DNA of 64,000 nucleotides from positions 32,001 through 96,000 of the forward strand of contig CAVYES010000004.1 in the NCBI GenBank assembly GCA_963767735.1. The letters run 5' to 3'. The translations under genes and the position numbers were made by a program. The notes under the pieces are model-generated. The model was not told the DNA's origin and searched no databases. It saw only the letters and a list, made by a program, of their open reading frames with translations. This document shows positions 1 through 9,799 of this stretch, piece by piece; within the stretch, counting starts at the first letter, position 1; each line of letters opens with the position of its first letter. The stretch comes from Candidatus Bathyarchaeota archaeon. Lineage in GTDB: Archaea; Thermoproteota; Bathyarchaeia; Bathyarchaeales; Bathycorpusculaceae.

Positions 1-748
1 TATTATCATATAGCTGCTTTTTTGGGTTTGGATATTTGCCTCGCATGCATATCCCTAAGCCAACGTTAACTCTTGCTCCGCCTTTGGGAAAAATCCACAC
101 GTATCCGCCTGGAGCCACTTTCTGGTTAAGGTAAATTTCGCAGAAGTTAGTGTTCTCGGTTTCCCGTGTTAGCTGACGGATTTCGCGGTAGCATGCTTCA
201 ACATCTTCATTTTCTATTTCTTTGTCTATGCCCATTTCCTGTGGAAGCTGATGTCGAACAACACTGAAGAAGCCGCTGGCGTCAACCACAACTTTGCTTT
301 TTAACTGTACAGTTTGGCCTGTCTTCATGTTTTTTGCTGTAACGCCTGCTAGCCCATTTTTCTCAATTATTGGCGAGCGGAAATTCATGTTGTCCTCCAG
401 GACAGCGCCTTTGTCGGTTGCTTTTTTTACTAGCCATTGCCCAAACAGTCGTCTGTTAAGCAAATACCCGACAAAGTCCTTATCAGCTATCGTGAAAACC
501 GTGTTCTCGTCAGGCGAATAAATTTTGATGCCGTCAATCCGCGTCTCTAATTCGCCGCCGGTTGGCTTCTCAAGCCCCAGAAACTTTAGATGGTGCTCTC
601 CAAGAGCGTCGCCGCAGATTTTTTCTCCAATCTGCTCACGCTTTTTCTTTTCAATTATGCAAACTTTTAAGCCTGATTCAGCAATGGTTTTTGCGGCTAA
701 GCAGCCTGCTGTTCCTGCGCCTACGACTATGGCGTCATATTTTTCCAC
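1..748 (-). CDS. Geranylgeranyl reductase family flavoprotein (digeranylgeranylglycerophospholipid reductase-like); 3' end runs off the window
   Basis: Not in ORF track. Manual translation from GTG at 748 (GGAGG SD upstream): VEKYDAIVVGAGTAGCLAAKTIAESGLKVCIIEKK...KICGDALG...APGGYVWIFPKGGARVNVGLG, typical GGR motifs. Confidence 0.9.
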   Translation of the reverse strand, partial: MEKYDAIVVGAGTAGCLAAKTIAESGLKVCIIEKKKREQIGEKICGDALGEHHLKFLGLEKPTGGELETRIDGIKIYSPDENTVFTIADKDFVGYLLNRRLFGQWLVKKATDKGAVLEDNMNFRSPIIEKNGLAGVTAKNMKTGQTVQLKSKVVVDASGFFSVVRHQLPQEMGIDKEIENEDVEACYREIRQLTRETENTNFCEIYLNQKVAPGGYVWIFPKGGARVNVGLGICMRGKYPNPKKQLYDN

Positions 749-819
749 GAATTTTTTCCTCCATGGCTTGATGTAATTTGTATACCTTGTTGTATTAGTA
801 AACCCTTATAAATTATGAA

Positions 820-1290
820 GTGCGCCAAACTACACCGAGTGTAGAGGCAATGAGTGCTCCATTAACTTTAAGCGCTGAATTCCGAAAAATCGTTGAAGCC
901 CGAATGAACCAAGTTTTAAAAGGCGTAGAGGAAACGTTCAACCAAATAATAGAAACTCAAAAGATAACTCCCACAGAACTTAAAGAAGAACTTGATAGTT
1001 TGCAAGAAAGCTTCAACCTTTTATTCCAGAAATGGAGCCTTGAAATCCTCTATACACTACTGCTCAAAGACGCCATCGGGTTTGGAGAAATAAAAAAAAT
1101 TTTAGCCGTCAATTCCCGCACCCTATCAGATAAGCTAAAGATGCTTCAGAAGCATGGGTATATAACAAGAGAAGTTACCGATGGCCCGCCACTGCGAGTG
1201 GAGTATTCTCTAACTGCAAAAGGAAAAAACACTGTGCTGCTTGCATTGCCGCTTCTGTACTATTCAAGCTCTGCCACTGTTGAGGCTTAA
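820..1290 (+). CDS. HxlR-family winged-helix transcriptional regulator (start may be ATG 850)
   Basis: QKWSLEILYTL...GFGEIKK...NSRTLSDKLKML...PPLRVEYSLTAKG. Confidence 0.85.
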   Translation: MRQTTPSVEAMSAPLTLSAEFRKIVEARMNQVLKGVEETFNQIIETQKITPTELKEELDSLQESFNLLFQKWSLEILYTLLLKDAIGFGEIKKILAVNSRTLSDKLKMLQKHGYITREVTDGPPLRVEYSLTAKGKNTVLLALPLLYYSSSATVEA

Positions 1291-1439
1291 CTGATTGCTT
1301 AGCCCTTTTTCAGAGCTTACATGACACATTTCTGATGCGATTTAGCGGTAAATTAACAATCGGTATAGGCTCAGTTGTTAAAGACCAGACAAAACACAAA
1401 TAAACACTATCTTCTATTCCTTCATGGAAGGATTCAAAA

Positions 1440-2753
1440 ATGGACACTTTAGGCGATTTACGCAGAACTCATTACTCAAACCAAATTGTTCCTGTAGCTG
1501 AAGGAAAAGGAGTGGTTATTTTCGGTATAGTTGCAAGCATCCGCGAGCATGGTAAACTTACCTTTTTAATCATCGAAGACTTAAACGGCATAGTTCAAGT
1601 AACCGTACATAAAAACAGCGTCCCAGAAAGTGTATTCTTCAAACTAAAGGAAATCCAAGAACAAACCTTCGTGGGCATCAAGGGCAAAGTGAAAAGCACA
1701 GAAAAAGCTCCACATGGAGCCGAAATAGTGCCTGACGAAATAAGAGTTCTTTCAATCCCACAGAGTTTGGCCCCTTTTAAACTGTACAAACAAAGGTTGC
1801 CAAACATTGAAAAACGCTTAGACCTACGGGCAATTGACCTTAGACGGCCTCAGGCTAAAGCTATGTTCAAAATGAAACATGTTGCCCTCCAATCCATTAG
1901 AGCATTTTTCAGTTCTCAAGGTTACTTGGAAGTCGAAACTCCCAAAATCATTTCAACCGCTACAGAAGGCGGAGCTGCTCTTTTCCCATTACTCTACTAC
2001 AACAAAGAAGCTTTCCTAGCACAGAGTCCCCAACTCTACAAAGAACAGCTTGTTGGGGCATTCGAAAAAGTCTTTGAAATCGGTCCAATTTTCAGGGCGG
2101 AAAGATCCCGCACAATGAAGCATCTAAGCGAGGCAACATCAGTTGACCTCGAAGAAGCCTATGTTACATACAACGATGTGATGCAGACTCTTGAACGGGT
2201 TATAACTTTCGCAATCAGTGAAATTGTAAGCAAATGCAAAGACGAACTTTCATTACTTAAAATCAAGTTAAAGGTTCCTCAAACCCCATTTAAAATTTAT
2301 TCCTACGATGAAATACTCAAGCTTCTCAGCGACGAAGAAATCGAAGTCGCCTGGGGTAAGGATCTTTTTACATCGGAAATGAAAGTCTTGGAGAAAAAGC
2401 TACCAGGCTTTTATTTTATAAAGGATTGGCCGACGGCTTCTAAATCGTTCTACCTAAAAGCAAAGGAAGACAAACCTGAAATATGTGAGTCTTTCGATTT
2501 AATGCATGGCTCCCTTGAAATTTCTTCAGGGGGATCAAGAATTGATCAAAAACAAACGTTGGTGGAAAAACTAAAGGAAAGAAGCTTTGACCCCGCATCA
2601 TTCGAGTACCACTTAAAAGTTTTCGACTATGGCATGCCGCCACACGCAGGATTCGGATTTGGCCTTGACCGATTGATGATGGTGATTTGTAAGCAGAAAA
2701 ACATCCGCGAAGTAGTACTCTACCCCCGAGACCAACGCAGGTTAATCCCATAA
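1440..2753 (+). CDS. aspS: Archaeal-type aspartyl-tRNA synthetase, probably non-discriminating
   Basis: RRTHY N-terminus, OB domain, LAQSPQLYKE, motif 2 FRAE, motif 3 GMPPHAGFGFGLDR; directly upstream of gatCAB. Confidence 0.95.
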   Translation: MDTLGDLRRTHYSNQIVPVAEGKGVVIFGIVASIREHGKLTFLIIEDLNGIVQVTVHKNSVPESVFFKLKEIQEQTFVGIKGKVKSTEKAPHGAEIVPDEIRVLSIPQSLAPFKLYKQRLPNIEKRLDLRAIDLRRPQAKAMFKMKHVALQSIRAFFSSQGYLEVETPKIISTATEGGAALFPLLYYNKEAFLAQSPQLYKEQLVGAFEKVFEIGPIFRAERSRTMKHLSEATSVDLEEAYVTYNDVMQTLERVITFAISEIVSKCKDELSLLKIKLKVPQTPFKIYSYDEILKLLSDEEIEVAWGKDLFTSEMKVLEKKLPGFYFIKDWPTASKSFYLKAKEDKPEICESFDLMHGSLEISSGGSRIDQKQTLVEKLKERSFDPASFEYHLKVFDYGMPPHAGFGFGLDRLMMVICKQKNIREVVLYPRDQRRLIP

Positions 2754-2777
2754 AAACGTTCTAGGAGCAATTTTAAA

Positions 2778-3080
2778 ATGAGTAAAAAATCAACCGAGGG
2801 CGCTGAAGTCAAACCTCAAATAAAACATCTCTCTTGGCTAGCCAGAATTGAGTTATCTGAAGACGATGAACAATTATTTTCCAGTCAACTAAATGATATA
2901 CTGGACCTGTTCAAAAAAATAGATGAAGTGCGCTTAGAAAATGTTCAGCCTACTTATCACGCGCTTCAGCTGACAAACGTTTGGCGGGAAGATGTAGTTG
3001 AGCCTTCAATGAGTGCTGAAATACTCAACAATGTTCCGCACCTTATAGGTCGCTATGTCAAGGCGCCAAGGATGGGATAA
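2778..3080 (+). CDS. gatC: Asp-tRNA(Asn)/Glu-tRNA(Gln) amidotransferase subunit C
   Basis: HLSWLARIEL...NVWRED...YVKAPR; position before gatA. Confidence 0.92.
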   Translation: MSKKSTEGAEVKPQIKHLSWLARIELSEDDEQLFSSQLNDILDLFKKIDEVRLENVQPTYHALQLTNVWREDVVEPSMSAEILNNVPHLIGRYVKAPRMG

Positions 3081-3086
3081 CCACAA

Positions 3087-4556
3087 ATGTCTGAAGACAG
3101 TTTGGAATTGTCTGCTTGGGAGCTTTCCGCAAAAATAAGAACAAGAGAACTACAAGCTGAAGATTACATTTGCTCCTTGTTTGAACATATAAAAAAAGTC
3201 GAAGGCCAAATTAAATCGTACATTTCTCTTGATGAGGAAGGTGCAGTCAGCCAAGCTAAAGCCATTGACAAAAAGATTAAGGCAGGCAGCAAAATTGGAA
3301 AATTATGCGGTTTAGGAATTTCAATTAAAGATAACATTTGCACTAAAAAGCTTCGAACTACTTGTGGGTCGCGGATGCTTGAGAATTATATCTCTCCTTA
3401 TGACGCTACAGTGATTGAACATATTAAAAATGAAGATGGCATTATAGTTGGCAAAACTAACATGGATGAGTTTGCCATGGGATCATCTACAGAGCACAGT
3501 TACTTCGGTCCTACTCATAATCCCTGGGATATTTCCCGCGTTCCAGGCGGCTCTTCTGGCGGCAGTGCAGCTTCAATCGCAGCCAAAGAGGCTACTTTAT
3601 CTCTCGGCGGAGACACAGGCGGTTCAATCAGGTGCCCTTCAAGCTTCTGCGGAGTCACAGGCATAAAGACAACTTATGGGTTAGTCAGCAGATACGGCAT
3701 GGTATCTTACGCTAACAGCCTTGAACAGATAGGTCCAATCGGAAAAAACGTTCGTGACTGCGCATTACTGCTTGAGGTTATTGCTGGTTATGACCCTCGG
3801 GATAGCACTTCAGTCAAAGACAAAACAAAGCAGTATACAAAAAACTTGGGTTGCAACATTGATAAACTCAAAATTGGCATACCGAAAGAATTCTTCGCGC
3901 AAGGAATAGACCCTTCGGTTAAGGAAACCGTTCTTGGAGCAATTACCAAAATACAGAGCCAGTATAAGGTTACTTCAAAGGAGCTTTCGCTAAAGAGAGT
4001 ATCAGATAGCCTTCCAGCCTACTACATAATCGCTATGGCCGAAGCAAGTTCCAATCTCGCAAGGTACGACGGCATGCGGTACGGTTTTAGAGTAGATGAC
4101 AAAACTTTTGATTGGAGCACAGTGTTTTCTAAAGATAGGGAAATCGGGTTCGGTCAAGAAGTGAAAAGACGAATCATTCTGGGAACCTTCGCTCTGTCCG
4201 CTGGATATTATGATCAGTTTTACTTGAAGGCTCAAAAGATTAGAACTTTAATCGTTGACGACTTTACCCACGCCTTTGAAGACGTTGATGTATTAGTTGC
4301 TCCCACCATGCCTATTTTACCGTTCAAGATTGGTGAAAAAATCAGCGACCCTATACAAATGTACCTTTGCGATGTGGATACCGTCCCAATTAACCTGGCT
4401 GGGGTTCCATCGATTTCAATACCGTGTGGCTTCCGAAGAGGACTGCCAGTAGGTTTACAATTAATTGCGCCGCCCTTCCGAGAAGATTTGTTGTTCAATG
4501 TGGCTTCAGCCTTCGAAGAAACGTTGAAATCAAGTAAAAGGCCAATTTTGGAGTGA
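3087..4556 (+). CDS. gatA: Amidotransferase subunit A (amidase signature)
   Basis: IKDN, GKTNMDEFAMGSS, PGGSSGGSAA, DTGGSIR, SSNLARYDG, EVKRRI. Confidence 0.97.
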   Translation: MSEDSLELSAWELSAKIRTRELQAEDYICSLFEHIKKVEGQIKSYISLDEEGAVSQAKAIDKKIKAGSKIGKLCGLGISIKDNICTKKLRTTCGSRMLENYISPYDATVIEHIKNEDGIIVGKTNMDEFAMGSSTEHSYFGPTHNPWDISRVPGGSSGGSAASIAAKEATLSLGGDTGGSIRCPSSFCGVTGIKTTYGLVSRYGMVSYANSLEQIGPIGKNVRDCALLLEVIAGYDPRDSTSVKDKTKQYTKNLGCNIDKLKIGIPKEFFAQGIDPSVKETVLGAITKIQSQYKVTSKELSLKRVSDSLPAYYIIAMAEASSNLARYDGMRYGFRVDDKTFDWSTVFSKDREIGFGQEVKRRIILGTFALSAGYYDQFYLKAQKIRTLIVDDFTHAFEDVDVLVAPTMPILPFKIGEKISDPIQMYLCDVDTVPINLAGVPSISIPCGFRRGLPVGLQLIAPPFREDLLFNVASAFEETLKSSKRPILE

Positions 4557-4562
4557 GCAGAA

Positions 4563-6011
4563 ATGATTGAAAATGAACTCGGAATAATGATTGGGCTTGA
4601 AATACACGTTCAACTCACTCACCTTAAAACCAAACTGTTTTGCGGTTGCTCAACGAATTACAGAGGAAAGAAACCTAACACAAACCTGTGTCCAACATGC
4701 ATGGGTTTGCCTGGAAGTTTACCAGTTATAAATGAGCAGGCCGTCAAGGATGCAGTTGCCCTATCTTTTGCACTAAACGCCCAAGTACAGCAGAAAATGT
4801 TGTTTTTTAGAAAAAACTATTACTACCCAGATATGCCCAAAAACTTCCAAATTACTCAATATGATAAAGCAGGCGGTGTCCCATTCTCAATCAAAGGCAG
4901 AGTCACAATGGTTGGGCTAAGGGATATTCGCATAACTAGATTGCAACTTGAGGAAGACCCTGCAAGGCTTGCTTATGAGGGCACCATTGACGCGTCAACA
5001 GCAACATTGGTTGACTATAACCGAGCAGGCATTTCATTAATCGAAATTGTCACCGAACCAGACTTTCGCTCTCCAAAGGAAGCAAGAATTTTCTTAGACA
5101 AGCTTAGGTCAATAGTTGAATCTCTGGGAATATCAGACGGTACTTTGGAGGGTTCAATGCGTTGCGACGCAAACATTTCTTTGAAAGGCGGAATACGAGT
5201 AGAGGTTAAAAATATTTCCTCATTTAAAGAAGTTGAACGTGCTCTCAACTTTGAGATTTCCAGGCAAAAAAGCCTGATTGCTAAAGAAATAAGAGTCAAA
5301 AGGGAAACGAGGCATTGGGACGAGGTTCGAAGAATCACAGTTTCGTTGCGCACAAAAGAAGAGGAACAGGATTACCGATATTTTCCAGAGCCCGATTTAG
5401 TTCCGATAGAATTGTCCTCGGAGTTTTTGCATGAAATTAAAATGAAAATGCCTGAACTGCCTGAAAACCTTGAACAACGCCTCGTAGAACAATATGCCAT
5501 CTCACGTTCCAACGCAAGAATATTAGCAGAAAACAAAGAATTTGCAAAATACTTTGAGAATTGCGCCAAACTATTTCATGACTCAAAAGAGATAAGCAAC
5601 TGGATTGTAAGCGACTTAATACCTTCTTTAACTAAGAAAGACATTATCCTAAATAAAGCCAAAATTTCTCCTGAAAACTTTTGCAGCTTGCTTGAGATGA
5701 TAAAAGAAGGACGAATAAACAGGCCTGCCGCTAAAAGCGTTCTAGATGAGGCTATCGTTACAGGCAAAACGCCTAGAATTATAGCGAAGGAACTTGGTTT
5801 GACGAAAATGACCGATCAATCCAAGATTTCCGACGTCGTTGATAAGATCTTTCAGGAAAATCCTGCGGCTGTCGATGCCGCTTTAAAAGATGAACATGCA
5901 ATTAACTATTTGGTTGGTCTAAGTATGAAAGCGACAAGGGGACAGGCTGACCCCAACATAATAAATAAATTGATTAGAAAGAAACTCTCTGAATTTTCTC
6001 TAAAACTATAG
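4563..6011 (+). CDS. gatB: Amidotransferase subunit B
   Basis: IGLEIHVQL, RKNYYYPDMPK, DYNRAG, MRCDANIS, YRYFPEPDL, C-terminal YqeY-like domain. Confidence 0.97.
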   Translation: MIENELGIMIGLEIHVQLTHLKTKLFCGCSTNYRGKKPNTNLCPTCMGLPGSLPVINEQAVKDAVALSFALNAQVQQKMLFFRKNYYYPDMPKNFQITQYDKAGGVPFSIKGRVTMVGLRDIRITRLQLEEDPARLAYEGTIDASTATLVDYNRAGISLIEIVTEPDFRSPKEARIFLDKLRSIVESLGISDGTLEGSMRCDANISLKGGIRVEVKNISSFKEVERALNFEISRQKSLIAKEIRVKRETRHWDEVRRITVSLRTKEEEQDYRYFPEPDLVPIELSSEFLHEIKMKMPELPENLEQRLVEQYAISRSNARILAENKEFAKYFENCAKLFHDSKEISNWIVSDLIPSLTKKDIILNKAKISPENFCSLLEMIKEGRINRPAAKSVLDEAIVTGKTPRIIAKELGLTKMTDQSKISDVVDKIFQENPAAVDAALKDEHAINYLVGLSMKATRGQADPNIINKLIRKKLSEFSLKL

Positions 6012-6039
6012 AGCTTTGATAGTCGCTCCAAAGCTACGT

Positions 6040-7068
6040 TTAAATTGTTATCTCTCCAGCCATATTTTCAAGCATAGCACTTCTAATTTTCTCAGGATCA
6101 ACGTAGTGACCGGTTACGTACATCAATTTGACTATTGCCACTTCGGAAAGCATGTCTCCTAAACCAACGACTCCCGCTTCTCTTAGTTTTTCACCTACTT
6201 CATAACGCAAATCTACTGCTCCTCGATTACATTGAGTGCACATGAAGACGGGGATTCCTGATTCTGTCGCCCTCTGAACACCCGGAAGAAATGAAAGACC
6301 ATTCGTGATAGTGTTTGCGTGACCAGCGCCTAATCCTTCAATTATGATTCCTTTATATCCGCGGTCTATGTACCAGTCTAAAATTTCCGGTTTCATGCCT
6401 GGAAAAATCTTGATGTATCCGACTTTAGACTCGATTTTGGCATCCAATTTTATTTGGTTACACATTTTTCTCTTATTTTGAGGATCTGAAATGTGGATTT
6501 CTTTCGTTGAACCTAAAAGTGGGCTGCAGAAACTATCAAAAGCGTCAGTATCAGAGGCGCTTGTTTTCCTAGCTCTGGTACCCTTGATTATCTTTGAGCC
6601 AAATACAATGCATATTCCGAAATTGCCGTAGGCTGCAACCTTTGCCGCATCGTATACGTTTTTAGGCGCATCCGAACCTTCTCGACCTACAGCAATCTGG
6701 GAGCCAGTCAATGCAACAGTTTTTGTGCACCCCTTCAACATGAATGATAACGCTGCTGAAGTATAATGCATGCTGTCAGTCCCGTGAGTTATCAGCACTC
6801 CGTCATACTCTCTATTTAAAGCATTGACCACTTCTCTTGCTATTATTTCCCAGTCTGTAGGATCAATGTTTGAGCTGTCTTTCATAGAAACGGAACCAAG
6901 GCTCACTATATCCTCAATATCAATATCAACCAGTTCATCCAGTTCATTAAAACTTGAAAGCAAGTCTTCCTTATCAGGTTCCTCGCCTGAGTAACCCAGC
7001 TTTCCCGTTGACGAGGTTTTCATGAAAATTGTTCCGCCGCACAGTATCCAACGTATTCGGGGCTTCAT
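6040..7068 (-). CDS. Type I L-asparaginase/glutaminase (AnsA-like)
   Basis: GGTI, DSSN, THGTDS, LTGSQ, EGLGAG motifs; lacks the GatD N-terminal domain. Confidence 0.88.
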   Translation of the reverse strand: MKPRIRWILCGGTIFMKTSSTGKLGYSGEEPDKEDLLSSFNELDELVDIDIEDIVSLGSVSMKDSSNIDPTDWEIIAREVVNALNREYDGVLITHGTDSMHYTSAALSFMLKGCTKTVALTGSQIAVGREGSDAPKNVYDAAKVAAYGNFGICIVFGSKIIKGTRARKTSASDTDAFDSFCSPLLGSTKEIHISDPQNKRKMCNQIKLDAKIESKVGYIKIFPGMKPEILDWYIDRGYKGIIIEGLGAGHANTITNGLSFLPGVQRATESGIPVFMCTQCNRGAVDLRYEVGEKLREAGVVGLGDMLSEVAIVKLMYVTGHYVDPEKIRSAMLENMAGEITI

Positions 7069-7150
7069 GGATTCCGTTCTATTCTATGTACCTATTATAA
7101 CTTCCCCATCAGGTTAGGTTTTTACAGAGCTATTGTTCGTTTGGCACAAT

Positions 7151-7654
7151 TTATTGTGGAAAAATGATCATGCTCTCGACAAATTGTTTCAGATCTTGAC
7201 GAGTCGGTTTCTTTATGATTTTCTGTTTTTGGTCGCCTTTTTGTTCATACTCGAGAAAACATACAGCTATCTTCATTTGAATTTTACTAGGGTAGTAAAT
7301 TGTTACTGTTATTATGTCTTTGTCGGAATCAAGATATATATATTCAGGATCGTAAGCAAAAGCTGGAATTTTTAGTTTCTTGACGATCCATAGCGGAAAC
7401 TTGTTTAATTCACTTTCGTTGCAAACCAACATGGTGCAAAAAAACCGCTCATGATCTAATAGAGTGACAAGCGGTATTGGACCACCAAAGGCTACATGCA
7501 CTTCGGTCCCATTTTCATTTGCATCAGCGACATATTCATCTACGATTCTAAGAAAATTATACGTTGTATTGCACGTTTGAGTCTTTTTTACTCCAACGGG
7601 GAAATTGCTTTGTTCATGCCTTAACTCGCTTAGTGCACTTTTTTGAAGTTTCAG
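7151..7654 (-). CDS. Hypothetical protein (start uncertain: GTG 7501 or CTG 7654)
   Basis: The frame stays open about 60 codons upstream of the track start; no recognisable motif. Confidence 0.4.
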   Translation of the reverse strand: MKLQKSALSELRHEQSNFPVGVKKTQTCNTTYNFLRIVDEYVADANENGTEVHVAFGGPIPLVTLLDHERFFCTMLVCNESELNKFPLWIVKKLKIPAFAYDPEYIYLDSDKDIITVTIYYPSKIQMKIAVCFLEYEQKGDQKQKIIKKPTRQDLKQFVESMIIFPQ

Positions 7655-7909
7655 AGGTACTACCTTATTGTTCTTTCTTATTTATTACTTAGCTTATTCT
7701 TTCAGTTGAGGGTACACGTTAGTCTTAACAACATATGAACGGACATCTTTGGCTTTGAAGAATTAATTGCTTGCAGATGTTGATATCTCAATAGAAAACG
7801 CCTAAATATACTGCCCAAAAAACCAGGTCAAATTATTCCTAAATTTTGACATATACGTGAAGTGGTTTTATTAGTATCTTTTCAGCTTTCTTTAAAGTGG
7901 TAATAATTT

Positions 7910-9583
7910 ATGCGGCTCGCTATGGCACAAGTTAACTGTACTGTCGGGGATTTAAAAGGTAATATTGAAAAAATCAAGCGTTTCACTGAAGAAGCGAAAA
8001 AAAGAAAAGTTGATTGCGTATTTTTCCCAGAATTGACCGTTACTGGATATCCGCCTCAGGACCTTTTATTAGAGAAAGATTTTGTCGTGGCAAACAAGGA
8101 GATTTTGGAACAAACGGTAGCAAACTTTGACGGAATATCAGGAGTGATTGGCTTTGTTGATTACGATAAGAAAGACATCTTTAATGCAGCTGCAGTATTT
8201 GTCGAAAATACAGTAATAAAGACAGTTCATAAAACCCTTTTACCCACATACGATGTCTTTGATGAAGACAGATACTTCAAGAGTGCAAAGGAAAATGATA
8301 TCAAGCCGATTAAAGTTGAAATAAATGGAAGAGAAATTTCCTTAGGTTTAGAAATTTGTGAAGATCTTTGGGATGATGCTTATAAAATTAAAGTAACCGA
8401 GTTGTTGGCTAAGCGAGGGGCTGACATAATTGTTAATATCTCCGCATCTCCGTTTTATGCTGGGAAAAGGTTCGAGAGAGAAGAGTTACTTAAGAAAAAT
8501 GCCAAAGAATATGCCATTCCAATATTCTATGTAAACCTCGTAGGAGGACAGGATGAGCTTGTTTTCGATGGCCAGTCAATGGGTTTCAACGAGTCAGGGC
8601 AGCTTATAGCTCTTGGGAAACAATTTGAAGAAGACATCATAACCTTGGAAGTTGAAAAAAACCACGCAAAAAGTCAAGTCATTGAGTTTCCAGAGTACAT
8701 TAGAGAAACTGAAATGTTCAATGGACTTGTATTGGGCATTCGTGATTACTTTAGAAAAAGTGGTTTCAAAAAGGCAGTTGTGGGCATGAGCGGCGGCATC
8801 GATTCATCCTTATCCGCTTGTGTAGCAACCGAGGCCTTAGGAAGTGAAAACGTTATTGGTATTTCTATGCCGTCAATTTTTTCAAGCGACCACAGTAAAA
8901 CTGATGCACAAAAACTGGCTGAAAATTTAGATATTTTATTTATTCAGTTTGGGATTCAAGAAATCATTGATACTTATCGAATAACACTATCTGAGCCCCT
9001 TCAGCAAATTCGGGAGCACTTTAAAATTAAACCAGAAGAGGATGATCCGGTTGCAGATGAAAATTTGCAGCCTAGAGCAAGAGGCAACTGTCTCATGGAT
9101 ATTGCTAACCGTTTAAAATCCTTAGGCATTCTGGTTATAAACACGGGAAACAAAACCGAGCTTGCTCTTGGTTACTGTACACTTTATGGCGATATGACCG
9201 GGGGGATTGGAGCATTAGGTGACGTAAGCAAGCTGGAAGTCTACAAAATCGCTAAATTCGTAAATATTAAGGCGAAAAAGGAAATTATTCCTCAAGATGT
9301 TTTTGTCAAAAAGCCTTCTCCGGAACTGAAGGAAGATCAATTTGATCCATTTGATTTTTCAATCGTAAGTCCCTTGGTTGATGAAATAGTAGAAAATCGA
9401 CGTAGTGTAAAAGAACTTTTAAATTTAGGATATCCTCGAGGAATCGTTGAAGATACTTACAGGCGAATCCGTAATTCAGAATATAAACGAAGGCAAGCGG
9501 TACCTTGCATTAAAATTACTCGTAAAGCCTTTGGAATCGGTCGAAAAATGCCGATCGTGAACAAATATCGCGGTGATTTCTAA
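7910..9583 (+). CDS. nadE: Glutamine-dependent NAD+ synthetase
   Basis: N-terminal nitrilase domain (FPEL, EICEDLW) plus SGGIDS, ENLQPRARG, TGNKTE, YGD, SEYKRRQ. Confidence 0.95.
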   Translation: MRLAMAQVNCTVGDLKGNIEKIKRFTEEAKKRKVDCVFFPELTVTGYPPQDLLLEKDFVVANKEILEQTVANFDGISGVIGFVDYDKKDIFNAAAVFVENTVIKTVHKTLLPTYDVFDEDRYFKSAKENDIKPIKVEINGREISLGLEICEDLWDDAYKIKVTELLAKRGADIIVNISASPFYAGKRFEREELLKKNAKEYAIPIFYVNLVGGQDELVFDGQSMGFNESGQLIALGKQFEEDIITLEVEKNHAKSQVIEFPEYIRETEMFNGLVLGIRDYFRKSGFKKAVVGMSGGIDSSLSACVATEALGSENVIGISMPSIFSSDHSKTDAQKLAENLDILFIQFGIQEIIDTYRITLSEPLQQIREHFKIKPEEDDPVADENLQPRARGNCLMDIANRLKSLGILVINTGNKTELALGYCTLYGDMTGGIGALGDVSKLEVYKIAKFVNIKAKKEIIPQDVFVKKPSPELKEDQFDPFDFSIVSPLVDEIVENRRSVKELLNLGYPRGIVEDTYRRIRNSEYKRRQAVPCIKITRKAFGIGRKMPIVNKYRGDF

Positions 9584-9799
9584 GACTAACTTTTTAAAAT
9601 AAATGGTTCCAACTATTAGTAAAGTTTTTCATACCAATATAGCTAAAATGCGTAAAATATCTTGGACTCTGTAAAGAAACGCGCATGTGATGATTACAAT
9701 ACTCAACTTTTATTTGTCATGCAAAAGGTTTTTAATTTACTTATGCAAATGACTGACAAGGAAAACGATTAAATCCCATGAAGATTGAAGTGAAAAGAA

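Noticed and set aside
294-776. Three short plus-strand ORFs
   Set aside because: Antisense shadows of the geranylgeranyl reductase gene
6040-7068. Calling the asparaginase gatD
   Set aside because: It lacks the GatD N-terminal domain and QRSSDRP motif, and there is no adjacent gatE
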